DNA of 62,582 bases, filler included, from Choristocarpus tenellus KU-1152 (taxonomy: Eukaryota > Protista > Phaeophyceae), in the NCBI GenBank assembly GCA_964200185.2. It is 7 parts of 7 records of this genome, joined end to end, with 100 filler letters (N's around TTAATTAATTAA, not from the genome) between each part and the next. Parts side by side here need not be neighbours in the genome. Positions count along the whole stretch, not along the records: positions 1 to 30,581 come from CAXNAD020000089.1; positions 30,682 to 38,192 come from CAXNAD020006043.1; positions 38,293 to 45,814 come from CAXNAD020006029.1; 4 more parts are not named here. The stretch is one strand, 5' to 3'. The position numbers and the translations under genes are program-made. The notes beneath the pieces were generated by a model. The model had not been told where the DNA came from. It did not search any database and was given only the letters and a program-made list of their open reading frames with translations. Positions 25,801-39,131 of the stretch are shown piece after piece (position 1 is the stretch's first letter; the number at the start of each line of letters is the position of its first letter).

Positions 25801-27202
25801 CCCCGTTGCTGCCTGACCAAAACCACTCTGAAGGTCCTCAATGCCTCCCCGCAGCCCAGACGACAAGCTCTCCCCCAGACTCTGAAAAGGGGCAAGGGCA
25901 CCAGTCCCAACATCTCCTGCCTGCACCACGAGGAAATATTGAGGACCACACTATTGGAACATTCTATCAGAAATCTACACTGCTGCATTCCAAGACAACC
26001 CTCAATGCAATTGGAAGATTTGGGTGAATTGCAACATATTGAACAGCAGGAACATAATCAAAAATACAAACTGTTGAAGCTCCGCCAATATAGATTCACA
26101 AAAGAGCACAGAAGAGCGCTATTAAGCAGTGCATCAATAGGGGTACAGGTAAGAAATAGGCTCAACCCAAACCCTAAACTGATTCCTGCCCTCGATAGTA
26201 CACAGACCTGAGACTTGAGTCCACTGATGGCTCCTTCCAGGGAGTCAGCAACCTTTGATGCAAGACAGGCAGGGAAACGAAACAGGGAATTATTGCAATC
26301 ACTGCCGTGTTGTATACACCATAATGAGTGAAAAGCAATTATTTCAAGAACTCAAATCAACAGCTTGCATGGCAACCATCTCGCTAGGCTCATCTATCCC
26401 ACAAAGAAACTTCCTGAAGACATCGCAATTTTCTTGATGCCTTCCTGTAACCCATCTAGAAAACACAAGACCATGCATGGCAGTAAAATAGGAGACATTT
26501 TCCATTCGCATCTGCAACATTCAGCAACCATGTGCAAATCGTATCCATGGCACTTTATGCTTTGACAGCACAGAGACTCCAACCATTATGCAACACTAAT
26601 ATAGAACATGTTTCAACTATCAAGTGCAACATTTCTTGCTCTCTGCAATACATACGCATACTGTGAAGGAGGGGGTATTATGATATTCATTGGGGCCAAG
26701 CTCGAAGAGAATTAGAATATTACCTGACCCTTGAAGCCGCCGATCGCACCAAGCGATGATTGAACCGCGTCTGAGAGGTCTGTCGCGGCCGTTCCGATAT
26801 CTGGCATCGTACTTCGGGCGAAGGATATATGTGCAAGGGAGATAAGATGCAGCTGCCATCATCGACTTTACCGTAGGCAAACTTTCAACATTCGTGCAGG
26901 ATGCAAAAGGCATGGTGAGATATCAAATCCAGCGTGTAAACGGAGGGCATCATTATGTTGATCCCTCCGTACAGAGCAACAGGTGTGGGCCACCCCACCA
27001 GGTACAATTCAAGTCTCCCTACTGTAGTCCTCTTCCTTAACCTGACGTCAAATCCTGTATCCAGGGAGGAGATGATGAGTGTAGCGGTAGAGGAACTCCG
27101 TCGTACCCTTCTTGAACATCTCGACGATGGAAAGCAGTGCTGGAACGATTCCACATGAAGAACCCAGCATAGAAAACAAACGATGAGAGACACCCTCTTC
27201 AT
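22860..27202 (-). CDS. ABA4: Plastid-targeted ABA4-like (DUF4281, neoxanthin-synthesis-associated family) membrane protein with long N- and C-terminal extensions
   Basis: Signal peptide MKRVSLIVCFLCWVLHVES-F followed by an S/R-rich transit peptide. Exons include 26252-26208, 25920-25747, 25471-25382, 25231-25040 (VLPLWLSMIFAPEKPITKAVMSS), 24828-24703 (ATAWSHFLAEDLFI), 24541-24386 (GRWVYLDGRKNKIFTGHSLALCYLFGPLGIISH), 23452-23318, 23024-22860 (TGA). The exon1/exon2 junction (about 27040/26812) is approximate. Confidence 0.88.
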
Positions 27203-28779
27203 GACACGTGCTTGGTGCAGAAGGGGGCCAACTTGCACCCTCTCCACAAAAAGACAGGAATATGTAGTAAATCTTTTACCACTTACCACTTCGGTTTTTT
27301 CGAAGAAACTTGAACAACTTTCATTCGAAGTTGAAGCGCACCTGATGAAACAATATTGTACAGAACAACCATCACAATATATACATCATATACTATAATC
27401 ACACAAAAAATGTAATCTCGACAACGTAACGCTCAACGCTAGCGTTCCCCTCGAACGTTCAACCAGTAGCGTTGGTATCTAGGTCTAGGTCACAGTTCAT
27501 TCTGGTGTTTCGAGGACAACGTTCGGTTGGGAACCAACTGCTTCTATAACGTCCACTGCCCATATAACGCCCTACCCTGTTTCCTGTTGATGTATGCCAT
27601 CACCAAAATAACAGCGAGTAAGAACAACATTGCCAGGCGTGGAATAGAGTTGGCCTAGCCTTCGTCTATGCTATAGCCCTAAGGCATTGTGGTGGTGTGT
27701 CAATCATCGGAGTGAAACATCCTGAATATGAGAAAAATGTCATGTGAATCACCTTAAGTCCCCGTGACTCACGTTGTGATGGAGTTGAATCTTTGTCTTT
27801 GTGAAGGTTAGTCATTCCATGAAAAACATGTACACTTCATGAAAAAAAAATAGGCATGATGTAATGAACACTCACCTATACCTCTAGCAAGCGTTTATAT
27901 GCCCAATTATTTGGCGGCCTCTTCACCACCATAATATGTGCCCACTCATCCAAAATGAGATAAAAAAATAACATTTAGGAATTTAAGTTTCTAAACATCC
28001 ACCAACATCTATGTGCGGCATATTAGCAAGGATTGATGGAGTTGGTAAACACACAAGAAATAAACTTGGTAAACAAAAGGTGTCAAGCCAAGGTTGGTCG
28101 TGAACAGGGTGATTGAGATCCGTTACCAGTTATCTCTTCGCATCGCAATATGATAGACTGCACCCATCATTATGACCATACGACATGTAAACAATTGTCT
28201 ACAAGATGGTCAATCTATGTAAAGGATTGTGATATATGGGTATCACGAGATCTGGGCCAAGATAGATGAGTCATGAGTAAAGTTGGGAAAGATCTGTACC
28301 AGACATATACATCTAGTAGTCTCTTAGATAGCATATTATACTAATTATGTCAATGCAAGATATATAGACTATGCAAAGGACTGTATGGTACCAATAAACA
28401 AAAGTTCTCAAGTCCAAGACTCCTTGGGACAAGAAGATACTGATTACCCAATCCATTAACTGCATGATAAGGATAACCTGCAAATCATTTAATGGAATTG
28501 TGGGAATTGTTCATTAGCCGTAAAGATGAAGGCAATAGGTAACATTTGTGGACAAACCATGCCCTAGACAAACAAACAACCTGGACCAGGTCTATGCCTA
28601 GCAATACTATCCTATCAATAGTGTACTGGCAAATAATGGGCTTAGAGCCTTGATAGTCTACGTCCGTCAATGGTAATAGCTTTCCTAAAAATGAATTATC
28701 CAGTTCAAGTCTGGTGTGAGAAGTTGGGCTTGTGAGTAGCAAAATTTCATTTTACCCAAACGAACGGAAAATGGACATG

Positions 28780-30400
28780 AGTTTCTTTCTAGGTAGTACA
28801 AACCATACATGATGGGCGATACCTTAGGATTCACTTTATACGGATCCCTCCAGGTGAGGTAACTTCAGATTCGGACCATCAGTACTTTCATGTGGTCTAT
28901 TGACTAGAAGTTAAATGCCAGGTATAAAAAGAAGAAACATGATGCGTTGGTTGGCATGTTCCTGATCTTCAAGGGTTCATGGAGGTTCCAGTGAGCCAAC
29001 TCAAATACAAGCTGTAAATCATCTTTGGTTTTTCGAGTGAACTCTTTGGTATAAACATCTGAAACACCATTAGACAAAACAAGGATAATATCAGTGGTTC
29101 AAAGAACTCGTAATACAAGCACAAGGAGAAACAGCCTCCGATCAAAATTCGCGCTAAAAGCTATGCTGTGACCTACCTGCACAAAAGGCAGTGACGATAC
29201 CCAGTTATCCTCAGCAACAGAGATATACATTGCTAGCATAGAACGCAACGAACCATATACTCTCTCCAACACATTTTTTTGTTTCGTAAGAAGGTGTGGT
29301 TTTGGTTTTCTTGTAGCCAAAAGATAAATTGTAACAGATTGCAACAGATTGCAACTCCACAGCAACACTGTTTTCACATTTAGTGTGGTACCTTGATCAG
29401 GGTGTAACTACTCAGGTGAGTAAAAAAAATGCAAAGATGCATTCTACCAGCATACAAGCAATTGCTGTGGTTGCTCTGTTTGGAACAGTGTACATACAGG
29501 ACATTAAAATGATAGAGGTGATCGATAACAGATAGCACGTACAAGCACATGGCACCATTTCTTGCTGGGGAACTTGCTTTAGACACTACCAAATCAACAG
29601 TAACACATTGAAATGGTCTGTCAATGGGCTTCTGGCCAGTGGGAAGCATAGGTTTGGTACTAGCAGTATTACGCGTTTGGCATGCCTGATAATCACAGCA
29701 CCACGTTAAAATATCGATATCGAATATTGGTCACCAATACAAGTCTCTGGCATTTGTGGAACGTGGTTTTCAAACCTAAGTTACCTCCAGAGTTACCTCC
29801 AGAGTATGCATGATGATGGCAACCATGGAGTAGTCCAAAGACAAACGAACCAGCGAGGAACGATGAGTGGTCCCTAAACATGCTTCTCCTACAAAGATGG
29901 CATTATTACCAGAAAAATATGATACAACAAAGTTGTTTCCTTATCTTATCATTATCGGTATTACTAAGGTGGTGAGGTGACACTGGGGGACTGTAAATAC
30001 CTCAAGTATTGTCCAAACTAGGACTCCTGGCCCTCGCACAATTTCTCTGTGTTCACTGTAGGAAACACGGTAGTCGAAGTAGTAAAAAGATCACCATACC
30101 CTTGGACAGGCATTTCTTGGTTGAGGATAGAAGTAGTTAACTCGTATTCCTCTGGAACATCTGTGGTATATGAACAAAAACTGATTGATCCGAGGCTGCT
30201 GTTTTGTCCACTACCACTCTCAATCGTTGAGGGTGTAATTCTTTAAAATGCACTGCTCTATAAGAATACAAAGGGGGATTTGCAAGAGAGCATCATTGAA
30301 CCTTTCTATGGTGCACCAAATAACAAGCAATGAGTGCACCACTCTGGACTACCTGCACTCATATGAGATGTGTGCTTACACATTGAAGTGCCCCAAAGAG
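28780..30400 (-). mobile_element. Decayed Ty3/gypsy LTR retrotransposon pol (RNase H/integrase remnant)
   Basis: Frameshifted fragments: PIDRPFQCVTVDLV...YVLSVIDH (integrase core start), LRSMLAMYISVAEDNWVSSLPFVQ, H..GGNLGLKTTFHK (zinc-binding region) and LTWRDPYKV (GPY/F-like). Boundaries are approximate. Confidence 0.75.
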
Positions 30401-30581
30401 GAAAGAGTTTAAATCAAAATGAAAATTCCACAGTGAAATAATAGACCAAAATTCAACCCTACCCACCCACCAACACACATTTTTCTCCCATGGGGGGGGG
30501 GGGGGGGGGGCCCCAGGGGAAAAGGGACCCCCCCCTTTTTTTTTGGGGGGGGGACGGGGAAACTCCCCCCCCCCATTTCAA

Positions 30582-30681
30582 NNNNNNNNNNNNNNNNNNN
30601 NNNNNNNNNNNNNNNNNNNNNNNNNTTAATTAATTAANNNNNNNNNNNNNNNNNNNNNNNNNNNNNNNNNNNNNNNNNNNN
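30582..30681. other. Artificial contig spacer (N44-TTAATTAATTAA-N44)
   Basis: An identical 100-bp spacer with stops in all six frames occurs six times. Confidence 0.97.
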
Positions 30682-30975
30682 CATTCCACCCCCCCAACCA
30701 CCGAAAAAACCCCCCAAAATCTCAAGAGACTAAAAATACTATACTAAGATATTGAAATATTTCAAGGGTGCGTAAGATAGAAGAAATAGAGTGCACAACT
30801 GCTTCAGTCTCATGAAAAACAAAAAACACAAGGCAGAGGGGACTGACGAAAACTAAGAGCAAAAACATGCATTCCAGTCACTCACACATCAGAGCGTCGT
30901 CTTTACACTCCATCACAGTGCTGGAATTGACCCAACCATCAAACTCTCCAACGGCCAAAAAATGTATCATCAACC

Positions 30976-31010
<35 letters not shown>

Positions 31011-31335
31011 CCCCCCCCCCACCCCACACAAAAACCCACACCACCCCACCCACACCCCCCCCACCTCCNNNNNNNNCCCCCCCCCCCCTCCTCCACCCCC
31101 CCCCTTCTCACACACAATCACACACATACATACATAAACGACTTCCACTAACTGCCACTGTACTTTTATGACATACTTAGCACCTTAATACGCACACATA
31201 AACTTGGTATGAAGCCTAAAATAGCAATCATTATTGAAGGAGCCGCCAAAACCAACTAATCACACTGCACCACAAAACTAGGAGGCACCTTGCCCCCCAC
31301 CAACCCCTCCACCATAACATACACTCTTTCCTCAC

Positions 31336-33102
31336 CTGGTCAAGCTCCTGATCCGGGTCACGCTTCACCCAGACCCGTGTGTAAGCGTCAAGCGCAGAAC
31401 GTTCCTCGCCCACAAACCGCAGATAACAGGCCAGCAGCACTGAAGTGCGCGTCTTTCCATTGGAACAGAAGACAGTCGCCATATTCTCCTCATCCAAGTC
31501 CAGCCAGCCCTGATATTAGCATGAAGGTATGGAATCACAACAGTAGTGGTAGTTGCGTTGCCGCACTTGGCGTCAGTGGTGAAGGATCGAGGGCCACTCT
31601 TGGGGAGTAAATAGGCGAGGGAGACCTGTGCCTCATACATGCTTTGTCTTGGGTTAAGCGAAGCTGAACTCTTTTATTGCTTATGATCCAAACCCTCTAC
31701 CTCTCTATACTAGAGCTCTAATGTGGAGATCGTCAAGCAGCAAAAGGGTGGGACAAGGGAAAAAAGGGTCTAAACATCTTATCTGTGAGAGCGAGGTGTG
31801 ATGCCATGTGGCACACCCTTGTGTTGTTCGAGTTTGTAGGAGGGGGGTGAGGTGAACACCATATTTAGATGGAGGGATAGGGGCTGGGACGAGTGTGACC
31901 ATTCGAGTTCTATACACACCCATTCAATATGCACTGGGCCGTGTATCATATCCAGTTCTGCTTTTAGGGAAAGTCAACAAACATCATTACAACCGATCTA
32001 AGTGGGGAAGACATGTATCAGTTGCTCCAGGCATAGCCACATCAAGGTAACTCTGGTCAAACCACTCCTACATATATATACGTGACACTAGTGGGAGGCA
32101 GGCAAGAACAAAATTAACAACTCTACACTCGACATACATTCCTCCCGCTTCAGCTGCACTGTCCACCTTCATCCCTCCTCCCAAACCCAAACCCCATAGC
32201 ACCTCCTGACTCTCACCTTGATAGAATAACACACCCTCAAAAGGTGTCCCAAGGTAGGTATTGGGCACTTCAGCTGCGGACTCTCCCATGGAACATCCAA
32301 AACCTGTCCTGAGAGCCGCTGGTATAACTTCCGAGATACCACACCCTGCTTCTTCCCGCCACACCCAGTTCCCCCACTCCCAGTCCCACCTCCCCCGGCA
32401 GTCTGATCTGTGATGTTCCACACAAGAAAGTGTCCAGGATGATACGCTGCCAGCCAGGATGACAGGTCATCCACATTATTCTTGTTTGATTCCTTCAGAC
32501 TTGGACCATCATGGGGGCATCCAGTGGCTACATCCAAGAGGATGCAGTGCGCAATTGGAGGGGATTGAGATAAAGGGCTGCAACAAGTAGTCTAGCTGCT
32601 ATACGGTTGGTTAAAATAGCACGTTGTGGTGAGGGGTAGAGTGGAGCAGCTGCAGTATATTTTGAAAGGGTGAGCTGGGATGAATATTGAAGATGGATGG
32701 GGGGGTACAATGAGCAAAGAGTGTGCTATGCGCACCAGTCTCCATTTTGAGGGAACTGGAAGAACAGGATCAACTTCATGGGTTTCACGGGGTGCAGATC
32801 ATACTCTTTACTCTTCAAGGGTTACAGGAACATTGTTCATCTCTCCTAGCCAGCTGAAGAAGCCTCCACAGTAGGGTAGAGAAGCATATGGCATAGTTGC
32901 TAACAGACTTCCTCCAACAACACATATGTATCAACCCAACTTTAGGCATTTGGATGTATGACAGCTGCCACGACTTTGCTGCGTCGTCGGTATTAAAATT
33001 TGTATAATGGGCAACGGACGTTGGTCTGAGCTGACCTTTGAGTACTAACATCTTTCCCCTAACCTCTTCCAAGGTTGAAAACACCTGCTGAGGAACTGCC
33101 AA
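31336..33102 (-). CDS. PTEN/tensin-type phosphatase-domain protein, partial (3' part runs off the contig)
   Basis: Exon 32527-32217 (ATGCP...KNNVDDLSSWLAAYHPGHFLVWNIT...PTLGHLLRVCYSIK) and exon 31509-31336 (GWLDLDEENMATVFCSNGKTRTSVLLACYL). A probable upstream exon around 33102-32940 contains WQLSYIQ. Confidence 0.82.
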
Positions 33103-34341
33103 CTTTCAGCACAGAGTCAACACATACAGGCTTGGTCTTCGAAACTACCATTAAGTAATAGATTAGTTACACACGATTTAACCTTCCCACTAGGACTGGG
33201 CGGGGAGTGCATAGAACATATGCAACCCAAACAACTTCCAACCACTACACTAGAATTTACCATAATTCTAGCGCCAGCAGTCTTAAAAGGAAATTGAGAG
33301 TATGGGTGGGCTTGAAAGATCGCGGACGATAGAGAGCAGAATGAAAAAGGTCACCCCTTGTGCATTGACGACAGCGAAGCTACAGTTTCTCATTTACGCG
33401 ACCTTCCATGTTAGTTCACCTCCCCTGACAAATAGAACAAGAGCCAGCTTCCTCCTTCAAATATAGCAGGACGTAGCATTGCAACAAACATTCGTATCAC
33501 ACCTAACCTATCTCTTTTCCAAGGACTCTGGTACCTATTAATCTGTTGGTGATGTAGGTGAAGTCCAGGGACGTCACATCCAGAACTTCCGGGGGCTTTG
33601 GGGAGGGAGCATTCTCCTTCTCTGGAGTAGCAGTTGCAGCCTGCCCCCCCCGAAACCACCACATCTCTCCTGATCACACCTTCAGCGGCCTTGGGGTTAG
33701 CCAATAACGACAGCAGTAGTACGTTGGCGACTTCAACGGGGTGAGGCTCATCAGATAGCATCACTACCTTTAAGAGATGAATCATGACAAGGAACTCTCA
33801 AAGAAAGCAAAGATAGGAAGGTAGAGCAGTGCCAGGGGAGAGAGGTCACGATGTGTATCACTCACCGTTTGCCAGATTGCAACCCCCAAACACCTGGGTA
33901 GAGTGCCACCATGCCAAGGACTAGCGAATCCTGATTCCAAATAGGTCCCTAGCACGCTGGACTATACTCCCAGATATCCCTAGAGGTCCAAGCCTGAAGA
34001 AGTAGCAGTGATAATACAGAGTAAACACTACTGCTTGGATGTACAGATCAAATTGGACTACTCCTTATTTTTGTCAGGGTGTCTGGAACAATCTACACAT
34101 TGTCAAGTGCTTAGATGAACACCTGTCCAGTACCTCTCCTGGACCCCCTTGCCTTGATATTCACTCAGTTGGCTTTTTCAGGGTCAACAGCACTTAAAGA
34201 CACTATAGACTGTTCGCAAAGTTTTTGGTGAACGTCTAAAGACAGAAAAAGGAGATGGGATCAAGGCACATTCAATACGGCATATTCCATAAAGAATGGA
34301 GAAGTAATCAAAATCCTTTGTAAACCCATTTTTTATGCTAG

Positions 34342-35511
34342 GTCTACCACCAACTCTATACAAATGGGTCCATCGGGTACAACCGAAGGTACTCCACTTC
34401 CTTCATTACCACCTCATTCATCCCCTACATTTTCGTTTGAGCAGCGCTTGGAGCTGTTCTACCTGTCGTTGGCGGAGCGAAGGACCAGCAACATGGTGGT
34501 GGGTCTTCCGATTGATAACGAGAAGGATGGTTTTGGAGGCAAAATGCAGAAATGGGAGGCATTCCCACAATTTTCATCCTCAATGCCACAGCAGTCGATA
34601 ATAGCTTCCACTCTTCCTCTTGTCTCTCGTAACTGGCTGCCCACTGCCTTGCAGGCCTGCATCGAGGCGATGGAAGAGATAGTAAACCTTAAACGAAGGG
34701 AGGAACTGGTACAAGGAGAAGGATGGGCAGGGACCAAGGCCGAGACTGATGTATATAGTGAGATGCTTCAGGATTGTCGAAAAAAGGCCGGTGATGTGAC
34801 GCTGGACTGCTTGCGTCAGCTGTGCCAACGGCGTGGCAGGGCCGATGTGGGAGAAGACATAGGCAAAGGGGGAGACGAGGAGGTAGTAGCTGTATGCTAC
34901 CACGCAGTGCTACTTGGGAAGGCGGAAAGCGGAGCTAATATATATGGAGGGTTAGTTATTGCTTACTACTTGATGAGCCCTGACTCATGATGTAGTACGT
35001 GCCTCCTTCGCAATCTATGCCTACACGCGGTCAGGATCATATTCATATTTATTGCTACTCACTTGTCAATGAAACAATTGCTTGTCCCTGCAACAGGAGG
35101 CAGCCCCTCGTTTGCTCCAACGCCACTTTCTTCTACTCCAATCTTATATAGTACCCATGGCGTACCTGATGTTGTCCTTGGTGCAGCTTCCTGCGCAACC
35201 GTCTGAAGCAAGGTATGGATTCCGCTGTGAAGAGACTGTCCTCTCTTCGGGCTCTTCACCGACTCAACCTTGCTTCTGGAGCAATGGGTGTGACAAGGGA
35301 TACTGATAGTTTGGGGGATGGAAGCAAAGACGAGGATTTCGTCAAGGGTAGAGGAATACAAGCTGGTGGGGACGTACACCCACATGTAACCGCTCTTGCG
35401 ACAGTTTTGGGGGAGGCCAGCAAGCTTATGACTGTACTCTCCGAGACAAACATGGGAGAGGAAGTGGAGGGTCCAGTTGCACAGCTTCTGCACAATGACT
35501 GCAAAGTTCAG
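34342..35511 (+). CDS. Two exons of an unknown, probably helical protein (partial model)
   Basis: Open exon 34342-34950 (acceptor TAG, donor GTTAGT, phase 2) joins in phase to 35187-35511 (FLRNRLKQGMDSAVKRL...CKVQ, donor GTATAG). No family recognised. Confidence 0.55.
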
Positions 35512-36436
35512 GTATAGGTTGCGGAGTGGTAGCCATTTTTCAGAATGTCTCATGTACTGAGGAATGGTGATTCACTTGATCCTCACAATGTATCATTTGT
35601 TTTAGTGCAAGACTAGTTCTCGAGGCAATCCTTAAAACTATCCTCAACTGTTGCACCCATAACAATTTCTGTGCAAATTTCCCTTTTCATATTCCAGTCG
35701 TACCGTTGTGATGGGTGCAGGAGGATGAATGATGATGACACATGCTTCTTCACCTCATATCTGTAGCTTTCAGTGTCACAACACTTAACCTTGCATTGTT
35801 GTGTGTATTTTCTGTGGTAAAACTTCTACTACATTGCTCTATCATCTGCATGAAAATATTTGAAGCTGCAGCAAGAGCGTTGTTTGTTCTTGGTGCTTCT
35901 AGCTATGCATACAAGTATATTGATGCAGTGTACAATTCGTTTTTGTGAGCTTGCTCTTGGATGCTCTGCTCTGTGAAAACATCAATGCAACAGAAGCCTG
36001 TAAGGGCTTAATTTCCTATAATGCCGTGAGGACATGAAATAACTTGACTGGTGCATAGTTGCATACCTTCAATTATAGAACTCCTGCAAATAGTCATACT
36101 CTACGAGAAGTGTTTTGGCGCTTGATGCCTACAACAGTGTGATGCCACAGTAAGAATGAATGCACAACCTGTGTGATAATCCACTCATAAATGATCACTG
36201 ACTTCAATTGTTTTTTTATTTTGTGTGTCTGTGTGCGCATAGACACACAAATAATGTACTCAGTACAAACATAATCCAGTGTACTTTTTGCTGTTTTATT
36301 AACTACAGTGTTCTTGAACAAGCACACACACACACACGCACACACACACACACAGGGATATTTTTCATTCCCAACTATCAATACTACATTGTGCTACACA
36401 CAGACAACTTCGTGTATTTTCTGGTTTGTGTCAGTC

Positions 36437-36570
36437 CATTCAATATGCCTGTCTTGCCCTCCCATTAGTGAACTATCATGCTTCCAATAAAAAACAAGCA
36501 TTGCATTCAATATGCCTGTCTTGCCCTCCCATTAGTGAACTATCATGCTTCCAATAAAAAACAAGCATTG
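36437..36570. repeat. Perfect 67-bp tandem duplication
   Basis: 36437-36503 is identical to 36504-36570. Confidence 0.9.
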
Positions 36571-38192
36571 TTACTTGATCGATGAATGTTCTGAGCTTTA
36601 CTGCCCCATAGGAGGTGCAGCTTCTTCCTCGTTGCGGTATAGTACCAGTGGTGACATCACATGTATATAAAAGATACACCTTCAGTTGACCAGCTGTATC
36701 CGAACTATTTGTGCGCAGGACTTCTCTCATGCTTGTATGTATATTGATTACTCTGAAGTAGTATGATTTTTTTTTTATCCTGGGTGCATGCACTACTGCT
36801 GTACCCACAGCAGCAATAAAAAAAATAGGGACATTTTTTTTTTGTTTGTACGTGTACGAAGTGTTGTTCAAGTGCACTCACTCTTTAAAACAATGTTTAC
36901 ACTTTGAAGCGCTATGTAGTAGATCCGTTCTATGAGATGATGCACAGCAAATGAAGAGGGTACTTATGCTTGGATATTTGCACGCCCCCTAACAATGTGC
37001 ATTAATTTTAGTGCTCTGTACTTCTGGAGCTCTGGAGCTCTAATGACATTTTTTTTGTTCTTTTTGAGGGGGAGGAAGGAGGCTCCGCTGTAGAACAAAA
37101 CGATGGAAACTGAATTTGTTTGAACTGATGTGGTATAAAGCGCAGATGGTTCTATGTTTGAGTGGAGGCGTTATTTTTGTGCCACTAACTGTCCTGTCTT
37201 CCCCATCAAATCCAATTGTGTATACCTAGTGCTAGTATGACCAGAGACACGTGAGGTCATGTTGATTCCAGACACTCCTTTTGGTATGACAATTTTTTTT
37301 GTTCTTGCCCCCCCCCCCGCCACCTCTCCTACCACAACAACCTTAGAAAGCTGTTGTAGAGCTTGTTCAATTGCGTTTGTGTAGTACTTTGAAGCAAGAG
37401 AATGACCTTACCAAAACTATACACTGGAAGGTGTGAGCAGGTTGTGCTTACCTCCACCGTGTTACATGGACACATGGTCAAACTAGCCACACCCTGCAAG
37501 TCACACCTTTCCGTGGCTTGATCGCAGAGGTGGAGGGTGTGTGTGTGTGAGAGAGATGGGGGATGGTACAAACAAAGCTCTTGACAAGAAACAAGATTAT
37601 AATAGAACAACCTGGTCTATCCAATGCGATGAAGCCTACAGTATTTCGTATGGTCTGACCCAATATGAAAATGCTGCCATGCCTCTCTCTCTCTCACACA
37701 CACACACACACTCACTCTCTCTCTCCATGCACACAGAGGAATATTAGCCCTTCATTTTATACGCACTACCAGGAAATGTAGGAAGATGTCTTGACCCAAG
37801 CCTCCTTACATTCTGTCTTCACTCCACCTCTGTGTGGATCTCCTCCTGCCTTTGATGCCAAACCCTTCTCCCTTCCCCCCAATTCATGATTCCCCCAACA
37901 CTTAACCTATCACCACACTCCCCACTTTATACATTAGCACCTTGGCCGTTGCCCCCCCCCAATCTCTACACATATTGAAACTCATCCTGCCGCCCAGGCC
38001 CTCAAGGTCTTGGAATGGTTTCAACACGATAGTGACCTGCCCAAATGGCAAGCTCAGGCAGTTGCTGGACCTTGTCCTGGGGGAGCAGGACCGGGGATCA
38101 GGCCTGGACCAGCATATGGAAGTGGGAATGGCGGGCGATGGGACAGGCGAGCTGGAGGGGGGAACGGAGAAGAGGGGGGGGCAGGGGGGGGG

Positions 38193-38292
38193 NNNNNNNN
38201 NNNNNNNNNNNNNNNNNNNNNNNNNNNNNNNNNNNNTTAATTAATTAANNNNNNNNNNNNNNNNNNNNNNNNNNNNNNNNNNNNNNNNNNNN
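38193..38292. other. Artificial contig spacer
   Basis: N44-TTAATTAATTAA-N44. Confidence 0.97.
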
Positions 38293-39131
38293 CAAAGGAA
38301 GGGAGAATCCTACCAAGGAGGTAGGCACTCTGCTGGAAATTCCCCTCCCTCCCTCCCTCCCTCCCCCCCTCCCCCCCTCCCTCCTTGTACTCACAAATTT
38401 AACCCTAACCCTATTTTTAACAATTCAGAGAGTTCACGTTAGGACCTGTCTAACCCTAACCCTAAGTATTGTGCAGACTAGGTGGTATGCTGTAACTGTC
38501 CTGAACTAACCCTATCCTAGCCCTGTTAAAACAGACCAGTCCTGATATTTAGAAAAAAAGAAAATCTGATTCCTTTGTTCCAAGCAAGTCAAGAGAGAAT
38601 TATTATTTGTGACCAAGGCCTTGTGTTCAGATTTAACCAGTCCTGTTGAGTGGAAAAGCCCTTCTTCTATTGCTTAAATGATATTCGCTTCTTGGTCAAG
38701 GTAACAGTACTGTGTTGTCCCCAAAATATGCATAGTGTACATGTAACATGTATGTTATCTGCTAGGGGTGGGGTGGGAGGGGCTAGGGTTGTGTGAGATT
38801 TAGTGAGCTTTCTCTACTGACCACTGTGTACACCATGCTGAAGTCATATGTGCCTTATTTTGTCAATGTGTTGTTGTACCCTATCTCATCTGTGTATTCT
38901 AGCTATCTCAGTTTGTCGTGTCAACCTGTAGGTGTATCTTGTTTTGTCGATGTCTTGTTGTACCTTTATTTAGCTACATCTTCTAGTGTACCTCATTGTG
39001 TCAACATATCCTGTCATCGTCATATTGGGTGTACCTCTTTTTGTAAAATATACTTGTCTCATTAAAAACAACTACATACTGTTCTGATAAATATATATAT
39101 ATAAATATGTATAATTTAACTCTTTTTATAG

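Noticed and set aside
16079-27202. Functional gene cluster (NMNAT-like, PCC1, ABA4-like)
   Set aside because: The products belong to unrelated pathways and compartments; proximity alone does not support a shared system.
30626-30637. TTAATTAATTAA palindrome recurring six times inside N runs
   Set aside because: Artificial six-frame-stop linker between contigs. Adjacency across these joins has no biological meaning.
33411-33950. Exon-like segments on both strands
   Set aside because: I could not choose a strand or build a phase-consistent model.
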